In this document: one piece after another, positions 47,448 through 55,780 of the stretch
Layout of the letters: each line of letters opens with the position of its first letter
How positions within the stretch are numbered: the stretch's first letter is position 1
Assembly (NCBI GenBank): GCA_030835025.1
Contig: JAUQWS010000023.1
Coordinates: forward strand, 150,458 to 214,457
DNA length: 64,000 nt
Reading direction: 5' to 3'
Source of the DNA: Ignavibacteria bacterium
GTDB lineage: Bacteria > Bacteroidota > Ignavibacteria > Tepidaquicellales > OLB5
The notes under the pieces: generated by a model
Database searches by the model: none
The model's input: the letters and a program-made list of their open reading frames with translations, nothing else
What the model was told of the DNA's origin: nothing
Translations under genes and position numbers: made by a program

Positions 47448-47858
47448 CTATGCAACAACAGTTTTATGCAGTTTGGCAGTAACTTCAATTTCGGGGGGAT
47501 CCAGCAAATGCTTTTTGACTGCACATAGGTTGGCAGCTTTTATGACTGCATCTTTGTACTTCTCCGGAAAATCCGGAGGAAGTTCAATATCAAGCTTTAT
47601 CTTTCCTATTAATCTCTTATCGAAATCATACTCCATTGACTGAATTATCCTTATTTCATCAGTCGGAATACCGCGCTGCATACAGAATGATTTCACATAA
47701 ATACCCGCGCATGTCCCGATAGATGCAAGAAAAAGATCAAAAGGTGCAGGTGCAGTATCATTACCGCCTGCTTCGACCGGTTGATCGGTCTTTAATAAAT
47801 GGCCGTTATATCTTGCATTAACTTTCCTGCCTTCTTCAAAGAATATTTCCATTTTCAT
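47448..47858 (-). CDS. OsmC/Ohr-family peroxiredoxin-like protein
   Basis: 136 aa. It has the two conserved Cys contexts (ASIGTCAGIY and ANLCAVKKH) of the OsmC fold. Confidence 0.8.
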   Translation of the reverse strand: MKMEIFFEEGRKVNARYNGHLLKTDQPVEAGGNDTAPAPFDLFLASIGTCAGIYVKSFCMQRGIPTDEIRIIQSMEYDFDKRLIGKIKLDIELPPDFPEKYKDAVIKAANLCAVKKHLLDPPEIEVTAKLHKTVVA

Positions 47859-47926
47859 TTCTATTGTGCTTCTTTCTTTTAATTCTGCTGATTGTATTAA
47901 TAACTATAACACAAATATACTAAAAA

Positions 47927-47945
47927 TAGTTGCTATTAACAACTA
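47927..47945. promoter_or_regulatory. palindromic operator TAGTTG-N7-CAACTA upstream of the OsmC-like gene
   Basis: It lies 69-87 nt upstream of the osmC-like start. The same half-sites and the same 7-nt spacer recur upstream of the MarR gene at 50257-50275. Confidence 0.55.
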
Positions 47946-48205
47946 AAGTCGTTATATTTGCACACGATTAACATGAGGAACTACCATTTTCATTATTGAC
48001 CTTATTCTGGAATAGAGATTCCGGTTTACAGAGTTTTTGGATCAATTTATTAGTTTCAGAGGGGTGCCGGCGTTTTCTTAGAGCCAAATGTCATATAAAA
48101 GTATGACCCGAATCATTTTCTTAGGCTTTTCGGACTGTTAATATTGTGCCGGGATTATTATTGGAGATAAATATCGTTTAAAAACCTAATCTGGAGAAAT
48201 TTATT

Positions 48206-49699
48206 ATGAGGTATTTGCTTTTTTTGTTCTTCTTTCTAGCTACTATCAGCAATGCTCAATTTATACAGTGGGTACAAAGCACAGGTGGTGTTTCGATTGC
48301 GGTTGACCAATCTGGCAATGTTTACACAGTTGATTATGAGTATAATCCCGCGGGAGATATTTATCTCACTAAGAGAGATGCAAACGGTAATCATGCCTGG
48401 ACAGAGAAGTTTGACCAGACCGATAATTCCAAATGGGAGAAAGCAACATGGGTAGAAACAGATAATCTCGGGAATGCTATTGTAACCGGTAATCTGATGT
48501 CAGGCTATTCTAATCCAGTATACGCTTCAAGCATAGTTATGAAATTCAGCCCTTCAGGAACCCTGCTATGGAGAAATGTGTACGAAACGACTTTCGACGG
48601 TTCGTACACCAAGAAGTGTTTAGTTGATGAATCAAATAACATCTATGTGCTCGGCATTGGAAATCCGGGAAGCGGGCAAGCAACGAAAGTGAAAAAATTT
48701 GCACCCGATGGTTCAACAATATGGACATATCACAATCCTAGTGGAATAGGCGCCCCGCTGAATTTCAAATTCACACCTGATAATGGGATAGTGATTTCAG
48801 CCAGAGGAATTACCGGAAGCATTAACGGTTTTGCAAAGCTCACAAAAAACGGAGTACATACCTGGAGTATAGCAGGGATTAACAGTACAACAATTGGTGA
48901 TGTTGCGGGCGATGCAAACGGAAATAGCTATTTAGTGAGCGGATTATACGGTTCTAATACAGAATCTATTGTCCGTAAAGTTGATGCCTCAGGAAGCACA
49001 TTATGGCAGAATAACTTTACAATTGCAGGCCTCAGAATTGAGGTAGGAAATGATGATTTTCCTGTTGTATCCGGATATCCTAATACCGGTTCATTTGGCT
49101 CATCATTTATTAAAGTGAATTCTAATGGCGGCTTAATTTGGTCAAATCTTGATGCAGACAGTTCATTTTCCCTGATGCTTCATGCTCAGATCAGGATGGA
49201 CCCGTTCAATAATGTTTATCTGGCAGCGGGCACAATGACGCAAATGGCAGTTTGCAAAATTAACAGCAACGGAAGCTCCGGTTGGACAATAACAATGCCC
49301 GGGGGTTACGCAAACGCCATTGACATAGGACAAGATAACAGCATTTACGTAGTGGGTGGCACTACAACAGGCGGCGCGACTGGAAGAATAATGCAGTCAG
49401 TTACCGGTACCTCCGGGAACACAGGTATCGTACCTCTCACTTCATGGCTTGGGAACAATTATCCGAACCCCTTTAATCCTTCAACTACAATCAAATTCGG
49501 TCTCGCTAAGAGCGGTAATATCAGACTTGCGGTTTACGATGTGTCCGGCAGTGAGCTTGGGGTAATTCTTGATGAATTCAGGAATGCCGGAGAATATGAG
49601 CAAAGTTTCGATGGATCACATCTTCCGAGTGGGATCTATTTCTATAATCTCTCAGGAGATTATGTATCAGAAACAAAAAAGATGATCCTTGTAAAATAA
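48206..49699 (+). CDS. SBBP beta-propeller-repeat protein with a T9SS C-terminal sorting domain
   Basis: 497 aa with a signal peptide. It has repeated D.SGN.Y..G........K....G...W units. The C-terminal domain reads NYPNPFNPSTTIKFGL...GIYFYNL...KKMILVK. Confidence 0.8.
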   Translation: MRYLLFLFFFLATISNAQFIQWVQSTGGVSIAVDQSGNVYTVDYEYNPAGDIYLTKRDANGNHAWTEKFDQTDNSKWEKATWVETDNLGNAIVTGNLMSGYSNPVYASSIVMKFSPSGTLLWRNVYETTFDGSYTKKCLVDESNNIYVLGIGNPGSGQATKVKKFAPDGSTIWTYHNPSGIGAPLNFKFTPDNGIVISARGITGSINGFAKLTKNGVHTWSIAGINSTTIGDVAGDANGNSYLVSGLYGSNTESIVRKVDASGSTLWQNNFTIAGLRIEVGNDDFPVVSGYPNTGSFGSSFIKVNSNGGLIWSNLDADSSFSLMLHAQIRMDPFNNVYLAAGTMTQMAVCKINSNGSSGWTITMPGGYANAIDIGQDNSIYVVGGTTTGGATGRIMQSVTGTSGNTGIVPLTSWLGNNYPNPFNPSTTIKFGLAKSGNIRLAVYDVSGSELGVILDEFRNAGEYEQSFDGSHLPSGIYFYNLSGDYVSETKKMILVK

Positions 49700-49720
49700 C
49701 TAAAGCGTTCTTTCTTAAAA

Positions 49721-49749
49721 AAGCCCGAAGCGTTTGCTTCGGGCTTTTC
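49721..49749 (+). terminator. rho-independent terminator
   Basis: AAGCCCGAAGC-GTTT-GCTTCGGGCTT followed by TTT. Confidence 0.8.
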
Positions 49750-49823
49750 TATTATAAAATGCTGTGAAGACTATAAACAAGAAATAGCATATGTAACAGG
49801 ACTTTGAAACAAAACGACAGGTA

Positions 49824-50240
49824 TTAAGGCCTTACTATTTCTGATATCTTACGCAGGGTTTGTGTGAAGGCTTTCAGCTCGTTTTTGGGTACATCTTTAA
49901 GTATGGCACTTTCACATTCCTTCATAACGAGGCTTATTTCTTTCAGAACCTTTTCTCCTGAACTTGTGAGTTTGACGTTAAATACTCTCTTATCAAATTC
50001 CTTCCTTGCTTCTTTCAAGTACCCATTCGTTATTAGTTTATCCACAACTCTGCTGCCTCTGGATTTTGAGAGCCCCATTGCATTTGAGAGTTTCATGCAT
50101 GATACTGCCTTCCCCGGCTGCAGGGATAGAATCCCCCTGTATTCAGCAGGAGAGAGTCCAAGTCTTTCCCTGATGCTCTCTTCTTTGGAAAGGCAAGCTA
50201 ATTTAAGCTCAAAAATCATCTCCACAACAGATTTATCCAT
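49824..50240 (-). CDS. MarR-family transcriptional regulator (OhrR-like by context)
   Basis: 138 aa with a winged-helix core (LSPAEYRGILSL...MKLSNAMGLSKSRGSRVVDKLITNGYL...R..D.R). Confidence 0.8.
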   Translation of the reverse strand: MDKSVVEMIFELKLACLSKEESIRERLGLSPAEYRGILSLQPGKAVSCMKLSNAMGLSKSRGSRVVDKLITNGYLKEARKEFDKRVFNVKLTSSGEKVLKEISLVMKECESAILKDVPKNELKAFTQTLRKISEIVRP

Positions 50241-50256
50241 TCTGATAATTGAAATA

Positions 50257-50275
50257 TAGTTGTTATACGCAACTT
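50257..50275. promoter_or_regulatory. palindromic operator TAGTTG-N7-CAACTT upstream of the MarR gene
   Basis: It starts 17 nt upstream of the MarR start codon and matches the 47927-47945 site in half-sites and spacing. Confidence 0.55.
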
Positions 50276-50483
50276 AATCATAATTCACCTTACTTTCAAT
50301 ATAATGCATATACTCCTCAAAAAGCAGACTGTAATCTTCAGGTTTATTCAATCAAGTGCTGGAGAAAATATATATGAACGTAATGCGATAGATTTAAGAT
50401 AATGGAATATACAAATGACAAATTCCTGAGTTGGGCAATATTTGATTTGCTTCTGGAAAGGTCACGCATCTTCAGATGCGTAA

Positions 50484-50533
50484 TGGTCGGGATGGCAGGA
50501 TTCGAAACTGCGACCTCCTTCTCCCAAAATAAG
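50484..50533 (-). pseudogene. tRNA-Pro(TGG)-like 3' fragment (anticodon arm to CCA), not a complete tRNA
   Basis: The reverse strand reads cttat-TTTGGGA-gaagg-aggtc-GCAGT-TTCGAAT-CCTGC-CATCCCG-A-CCA. The T-arm and acceptor 3' strand are recognisable. No matching 5' acceptor (CGGGATG) or D-arm lies upstream. The T-stem 53:61 pair is mismatched and the anticodon stem is imperfect. Confidence 0.5.
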
Positions 50534-50576
50534 CTATCGTGGACTAAATATAATAAAAGAATAGTTAGGAATTGAA

Positions 50577-51176
50577 TTAGTCAAGTTTTTTGGAAATATT
50601 TTCCAGTAAAGTAAACTGTTTTACCTGAGAATCCAAAATAGTTTTTATCTGTTCCTCAAGTATTAAATTCACTTTTTCATGCAAGCTGCGGATCATCATT
50701 TCTGTTTTTTGATTTATCAGGTAATCATTTTCATCCCTGTTCCTGTCCTTTTCGTCATGACGGTTCTGGCTCATAAGTATTACCGGAGCCTGCAAAGCAG
50801 CTATTAAAGAAAGAATCAGGTTCATTAAAACAAAGGGAAAAGGATCAAATGGCATGGTGAATAATGCAATTACATTAATGACTATCCACCCGGCAAAAAA
50901 TAACGCAAATATGAATATGAACTTCCAGCTTCCTCCAAATCGGGCAATTTTATCAGAAATGTTTTGACCATTGGTAAGTGTATCTTTCGGAGGGTGAAGC
51001 AGACTATCAATAATCAAATCTTCTTCGACTATTTTTTTCTTCTCAATTTGAATAAATTTGGCAAGGTGTTCATCCTGGTCATTTGATATTTTTTCTATAC
51101 CTTTGTCAGATATTGTCAATGTTATACTAATATTAAGTTTAATTAAAAATAAGTAATCCTGATAAAAAAAGGGCAA
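50577..51176 (-). CDS. DUF1003 membrane protein
   Basis: FGGSWKFIFIFALFFAGWIVINV...PFDPFPFVLMNLILSLIAALQAPVILMSQNR is the DUF1003 core. The start is uncertain (TTG at 51176 or TTG at 51119). Confidence 0.7.
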   Translation of the reverse strand: MPFFYQDYLFLIKLNISITLTISDKGIEKISNDQDEHLAKFIQIEKKKIVEEDLIIDSLLHPPKDTLTNGQNISDKIARFGGSWKFIFIFALFFAGWIVINVIALFTMPFDPFPFVLMNLILSLIAALQAPVILMSQNRHDEKDRNRDENDYLINQKTEMMIRSLHEKVNLILEEQIKTILDSQVKQFTLLENISKKLD

Positions 51177-51212
51177 TAACTTTTATTGCCCTTTATGAAG
51201 CGTCATTGTGGG

Positions 51213-51914
51213 TTAATCCGGAATACCGTTTTTATCGTTATCCTTAAAAGATTTGAAATTGTTCTTTATGTTATCTTTAATGTTGTTATCAATATCATTC
51301 GAATTTGCAGGATCGGTAGGATCCATATATGCAAAATCCCTGATGAACCATATATACGGACTTACAACAAGTGTAATATTCTGGAACACTGATCCAGAGA
51401 CCGGCAGATCAGCTGGAAAATGCAATATCTGATGAGCAGATTTAGTTGATTTGTAAATGAAATATTTATCGTAATACCAGCCCTTTACAATAACTGAATA
51501 TCTTCCGTTTGCATCAGCAAACTCAGGATCAGGTATTTCTTCGATATCCTGGAGCTTGTGAACTTCGAACTTGACTTTGTCATAAGTTCCAGGAGGAATT
51601 ATCGAAGTACCAATCAGGTTTAAACCTGAAGATAAATTTAGAAACAGTACGAACGGACCAACTTTGAAGTTCTTCAGATTCTCGCTGTTGCCGCTTACGT
51701 TTAGCTTGATATCTTTTATAAGTATCTTGACTGTATCAAGTACAAAGTAGTTCTGTGCATCACCGATTGAATCGTTGTTGCTCATTACACTAAAGCTCAG
51801 GTTTTCACCCTGACCCGGTGCAACGGAGTCACCGCAACCGTAGAAGCCGGCTGCTGAAACGAGCACTGCTATTAATAGTGCACTGAATTTGTATTTAAGA
51901 TTTTTGTTAAACAT
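51213..51914 (-). CDS. lipoprotein, DUF4382-like
   Basis: 233 aa with the lipobox AAGFYGCG. It has an IIPPGTYDKVKFEVHKL segment resembling DUF4382. The family call is tentative. Confidence 0.55.
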   Translation of the reverse strand: MFNKNLKYKFSALLIAVLVSAAGFYGCGDSVAPGQGENLSFSVMSNNDSIGDAQNYFVLDTVKILIKDIKLNVSGNSENLKNFKVGPFVLFLNLSSGLNLIGTSIIPPGTYDKVKFEVHKLQDIEEIPDPEFADANGRYSVIVKGWYYDKYFIYKSTKSAHQILHFPADLPVSGSVFQNITLVVSPYIWFIRDFAYMDPTDPANSNDIDNNIKDNIKNNFKSFKDNDKNGIPD

Positions 51915-51916
51915 TG

Positions 51917-53257
51917 TTATTTCTTTCCTTTATTATTTTCGTTGCCATTGTTTTTGCCGCCTTTGTTTCTGTCGCCATCTTTGTTGCCTTTATTCCTATC
52001 ACCATCCTTGTTGCCTTTTACATTGTCATTGTTCTTATTGCCGTTATCATTGTCTTTGTATTTTTTCCCTTTATCATTGTCTTCATACTTCTTACCGTTG
52101 TCATTGTTATTGTACTTCTTTCCGTTATCATTGCCATTGCCGTTATTTCCTTTTTTGTAATCCTTTTCATCTTTGCGTGAATCCTTATTCTCATTTTTGA
52201 ATTCTTTATCACCGGAATTATTAGATTTCCAGTCATTATATTTCTTATACTTTTTCGGCTCGTTTACAGTAAACTTGGCATGATCTTTGCTCTTGTATCT
52301 TTTGAACCCGGGTTTATACACAAAATACTCACCATTTGAATACCTTACGTCTTTATAATTGCCAACGTGTTTTATCTTTACCGTTTCAATATCCCTGCCA
52401 TAGATGTATTGGATTATGTTAGGGTCCGGTCCCCTGTTAATAACTGCATTGTTAACCAAGACGATACCTGGAATACCGGTAAATCCGCTGACAAGTATCC
52501 TGCTGCCATCAGAATAATAAACATTGTTGTATTTATAAACTTCCGGCTCAAGGAAATACTTTCTTTCAACAACAACATAATTATTGTTGTCAATAACCGG
52601 AGCGTTCATAATTCCGTTCACCAGGTAGACTGATGGCGGAAGCGGTGCCCATGATACGTAATCATCATTCTGCTTCCAGTCGACCCATGCTGGTGCCCAT
52701 ACTCTGCCCGGAACCCAAAGCCATCCTGCCGAAGGTGTATTAACCCACCTGCCATGATGCGACACTGTTTCTTCTACAGGTGTAGCGCCTTTAAAATACC
52801 AGCCTGCATCTGAATTGATCCACTGTCCGTTGGAATAAGGCACATAAACAGGTGTTGTGCCTGTTGTATTTACAACTGCAAGCTCAGGGGCAGGCTTCCA
52901 GACGTATATCATGTTAACACTGGTGTTTGCTGAGCTTAATGCGTCTTTACTGCCTGCAGAGCTTCCTGTAGCAGCAATTCTAGGCTCGAGCCCTATTTCT
53001 TCAGGTTGAACCTGCACCCATTCACCGTGCGGCGCAAGCTGATCATAAAACTCTTTATAATCTACTGCACTAAGGTCTTCATCGGTTTCAGCGAAGTCAT
53101 TATCTTCTACAGATGTTGCTTCAAGGTTTTTATCCAGCATTTGTTTCTGTTCTTCAGTCAGATTCCCGTCTGCATTTTTTGTGCAGGATGAGAACATGAA
53201 TATTGATACAGTAAATGCCAGCAATCCCATGGTCCTTAATATTCTTAAAACTTCCAT
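51917..53257 (-). CDS. lipoprotein with a Trp-rich central region and an N/K/D/G low-complexity tail
   Basis: 446 aa with lipobox FMFSSC. The centre reads GRWVNTPSAGWLWVPGRVWAPAWVDWKQNDDYVSWAP. The last ~95 aa are NDNGKKY / GNKDGDRNK repeats. Confidence 0.65.
   Translation of the reverse strand: MEVLRILRTMGLLAFTVSIFMFSSCTKNADGNLTEEQKQMLDKNLEATSVEDNDFAETDEDLSAVDYKEFYDQLAPHGEWVQVQPEEIGLEPRIAATGSSAGSKDALSSANTSVNMIYVWKPAPELAVVNTTGTTPVYVPYSNGQWINSDAGWYFKGATPVEETVSHHGRWVNTPSAGWLWVPGRVWAPAWVDWKQNDDYVSWAPLPPSVYLVNGIMNAPVIDNNNYVVVERKYFLEPEVYKYNNVYYSDGSRILVSGFTGIPGIVLVNNAVINRGPDPNIIQYIYGRDIETVKIKHVGNYKDVRYSNGEYFVYKPGFKRYKSKDHAKFTVNEPKKYKKYNDWKSNNSGDKEFKNENKDSRKDEKDYKKGNNGNGNDNGKKYNNNDNGKKYEDNDKGKKYKDNDNGNKNNDNVKGNKDGDRNKGNKDGDRNKGGKNNGNENNKGKK
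51920..52200 (-). repeat. coding low-complexity / imperfect tandem repeats (27-nt GNKDGDRNK unit x2 and NDNGKKY-type units)
   Basis: Visible in the DNA as ...cgccatctttgttgcctttattcctatcaccatccttgttgcc... It spawns several spurious overlapping ORFs in the track. Confidence 0.8.
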
Positions 53258-53293
53258 AATTGTACTGCTTTCTTTTAAATTAAAATCAAATTA

Positions 53294-53791
53294 TCAGAAC
53301 TTAAAATCTACACCAAGTTCTAAAGTGTTAAAATTGAAATTACCAAGCCCGAACCTGGCAACTCCGGCAACTGCGGGAGAGAAGAAATATCTCATTCCGC
53401 CCTGTCCCCATGCCCACAATCCGCTATTTTTGAGTGAATTGCCGTTTGGCGAGGATGAGAAGAAGCCGAGAACCACACCAAGAAACGGAACAAACTTTCC
53501 GCTTGCAATTTGGTTGAAATTATAATTAGCCTGTCCGCCCAAAAAGATATTTGAGAATCTTTCAAGCCTGTCATCCGGATAGCTTGAATACCTGAGAAGT
53601 GCGCCCAAGCCTATGGACCCGATTCCTGCCTGAGTGACCTGGTTTTCGTAATTGAATCCGAATGTGGGTGTGTTGTTGCGTGCCCAGAATCCGAGTGTAC
53701 CACCCATTAAATTATCACGCTCTTTAAGCTGTGAGAACGATGCTGTTGCAAGCAGCATCAAAAATAGTACTGAGTAAATTGCTGTTTTCAT
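53294..53791 (-). CDS. small outer-membrane beta-barrel protein
   Basis: 165 aa with signal peptide MKTAIYSVLFLMLLATASFSQ. Gly/aromatic beta pattern, ending in ...ELGVDFKF. Confidence 0.65.
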   Translation of the reverse strand: MKTAIYSVLFLMLLATASFSQLKERDNLMGGTLGFWARNNTPTFGFNYENQVTQAGIGSIGLGALLRYSSYPDDRLERFSNIFLGGQANYNFNQIASGKFVPFLGVVLGFFSSSPNGNSLKNSGLWAWGQGGMRYFFSPAVAGVARFGLGNFNFNTLELGVDFKF

Positions 53792-53957
53792 GATTGTTCT
53801 TTCTTTATTTTTTTTGAAAATCGTATCTATAATTAGAAACTTTGATTACACTAAGTTGAAAAAATTCGGTATTTTAGCGATGTATACATTGCATATCGAA
53901 AATCCGAATGAATAGTTAATTATCATGATGTAAGCTACTCAGATATAACAGTTAAGT

Positions 53958-53999
53958 CAATTGAGCAAAGGGATGATAAAAGGACTACACCTCACGGAT
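53958..53999 (-). promoter_or_regulatory. conserved upstream element, copy A
   Basis: The reverse strand reads ATCCgtgaggTGTAGTCCTTTTATCATCCCTTTGCTCAATTG, 167 nt upstream of the 53791 start. Confidence 0.55.
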
Positions 54000-54038
54000 G
54001 ATAGTCAAGAGTTTTCATCCGCAATCAAACAATTACAT

Positions 54039-54063
54039 AAAAAAGGGAGCCTTTGGGGCTCCC
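54039..54063 (-). terminator. rho-independent terminator of the 54093-54875 gene
   Basis: The reverse strand reads GGGAGCC-CCAAA-GGCTCCC followed by TTTTTT. Confidence 0.8.
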
Positions 54064-54092
54064 CGTGATAGTGAACACAATAGGAGAAAATA

Positions 54093-54875
54093 CTATTTTT
54101 TCTTAATTACTCTCTTTGGCTGACCGAAGTAAAAGCTCATGCCTGCGTAGAACTGCAGATAAGCCATTTTCCTCGATTTCTGGGTAGTGGTTTCTTTGTC
54201 ATTTAAACCATAAGTAGTGCTTGTGCTGGTTGTAGAATCCTTGCCAAACAGGTTTGCAAAAGCATACCTTCCGCCGATTACTACGCCGACATTTTTGCTA
54301 AGCTTAACATCTACACCTGCAGCAAAAGTGGCACCAAATCTTATAGCTGATTCCATATTGGCTTCATAGCTAGGTACAGAACCGCCGCTTTGTTCAAATG
54401 TGGTTTTTCCACCGATGATATTGGTTGTAAATTGAACATTCACGAACGGATTTGCGGGTCTCTTCGGTGCAAAATCGTACTCAGCACCAACACCGATAGT
54501 AAACAAGTTCATATCTGTTCTCCATGTGCCAGAACCGATACCAAATATATTGTTTGAATCAAGATTGGAAACGCCGATATCTCCGCTACTAAGCATTGTA
54601 TATGTTAGCGCCAACATGATCCCGAAAGTACTTTTTTTATCAACATAGTATTTCACGTCTGCCCCAAAGTTGAATCCGTTATTTACAAAATACGGCGTGG
54701 GGTTTTTGCCGGATTCCAGATCGGCAGGAAAAGTCCCTTTAAGATCAGGAAGTGTAGTTGTATATCCGCCAATAACGTGAATATTCCATTTTGGTACTGC
54801 GTAAGTCTGTGACTTTATGCTGTTTATAGCAAAAATCAATGCTAAAACAACTAATAATGTATTAAATTTTTTCAA
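54093..54875 (-). CDS. outer-membrane beta-barrel (porin-like) protein
   Basis: 260 aa with signal peptide MKKFNTLLVVLALIFAINSIKSQ (TTG start). Alternating beta strands, with FYAGMSFYF near the C-terminus. Confidence 0.65.
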   Translation of the reverse strand: MKKFNTLLVVLALIFAINSIKSQTYAVPKWNIHVIGGYTTTLPDLKGTFPADLESGKNPTPYFVNNGFNFGADVKYYVDKKSTFGIMLALTYTMLSSGDIGVSNLDSNNIFGIGSGTWRTDMNLFTIGVGAEYDFAPKRPANPFVNVQFTTNIIGGKTTFEQSGGSVPSYEANMESAIRFGATFAAGVDVKLSKNVGVVIGGRYAFANLFGKDSTTSTSTTYGLNDKETTTQKSRKMAYLQFYAGMSFYFGQPKRVIKKK

Positions 54876-54948
54876 GTTTTATATCTCCTTTATTATTTAT
54901 GAATCGTTTTTTTTCTCTAACAAAGCTACATGTTTATTGATGTTATAA

Positions 54949-54989
54949 CAATCAATCATTAGTATGAAATTGGAACTACATCTTTGGAT
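54949..54989 (-). promoter_or_regulatory. conserved upstream element, copy B
   Basis: The reverse strand reads ATCCaaagaTGTAGTTCCAATTTCATACTAATGATTGATTG, 74 nt upstream of the 54875 start. Confidence 0.55.
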
Positions 54990-55067
54990 CTAGATCCTTA
55001 GATTGAGGTGCTGTATAACCGATTTTCGTGACCAACAACCTCAATCCAGGGATTAGATGTAAATTTA

Positions 55068-55736
55068 CTACTCTACCTGCAGGATCTGTTTTCTGAAGTC
55101 ATTTTCCCCATTTGTATTGATCCTGACTCGAAATGACATTCTGAAACCGTATACGTTTAGCGGATCTCTATCTGTTGCTTCTCTGGGCTGAATTATGCCA
55201 TAAACACTGTTCGTAGTTATGCCGGCTTCTCTTTTGCCTTTAAGCCAGAAGCAATAAACCGGATAAGATGCCAGAGGGGAATTGAAGTAACCCCAGCTCT
55301 CAGTTCCGCTTTGAGTAAAGTCATTAGGCGTAAACACGGTATAATTTGGAACCTTTGATAATGTATCAAAAGTATTTACAGACATATCTTCGCTAACCCT
55401 GAAGAATCTTGTCTCATAACCGGGAGGTAATAAGCTGTTAAGCAGCTCACCGTTTTGCAGATAAAAATCAACCCCGCTATTGTTCCTGTCGTTTAAACTG
55501 ACATCACGAAGCCTGGCAGTATCAACAGTGTTCAAACCGTTAAGCAGGTTGATGCCCGTTCGCGAAATAAACGCTGCTGAATCCTCATCAACACCGATGC
55601 TGTCGTAAGATTCCACATTGGGATTATCAATATAAGTAGTTGTCGGTTCTGTTGAGGAATCGTCACATCCGGCAGCCAAAAAGACTAAAGTGATGCTTAC
55701 TGCAAAAAATATTAAAAATTTCGAAATTGATTTCAT
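55068..55736 (-). CDS. hypothetical lipoprotein
   Basis: 222 aa with lipobox FLAAGC. I recognise no family. Confidence 0.6.
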   Translation of the reverse strand: MKSISKFLIFFAVSITLVFLAAGCDDSSTEPTTTYIDNPNVESYDSIGVDEDSAAFISRTGINLLNGLNTVDTARLRDVSLNDRNNSGVDFYLQNGELLNSLLPPGYETRFFRVSEDMSVNTFDTLSKVPNYTVFTPNDFTQSGTESWGYFNSPLASYPVYCFWLKGKREAGITTNSVYGIIQPREATDRDPLNVYGFRMSFRVRINTNGENDFRKQILQVE

Positions 55737-55780
55737 TTTGTTTGTTTGATTATGAATTAGTTTATGGATCTTGTTAAAAA

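Noticed and set aside
47977-47985. GGAACTACC word similar to the core of the 42-nt element.
   Set aside because: Only about 9 nt match. The flanking GGATGA and spaced CAATTG parts are missing.
46047-48202. Identical 12-mer ATCTGGAGAAAT just upstream of two start codons (46060 and 48206).
   Set aside because: It contains the GGAG ribosome-binding site. A shared 12-mer is expected by chance many times in 64 kb of AT-rich sequence.
51889-52236. Four overlapping ORFs with C/H/Y/F-rich or L/P/F-rich low-complexity translations.
   Set aside because: They are artefacts of the N/K/D/G repeat tail of the 446-aa lipoprotein read in other frames or on the other strand.
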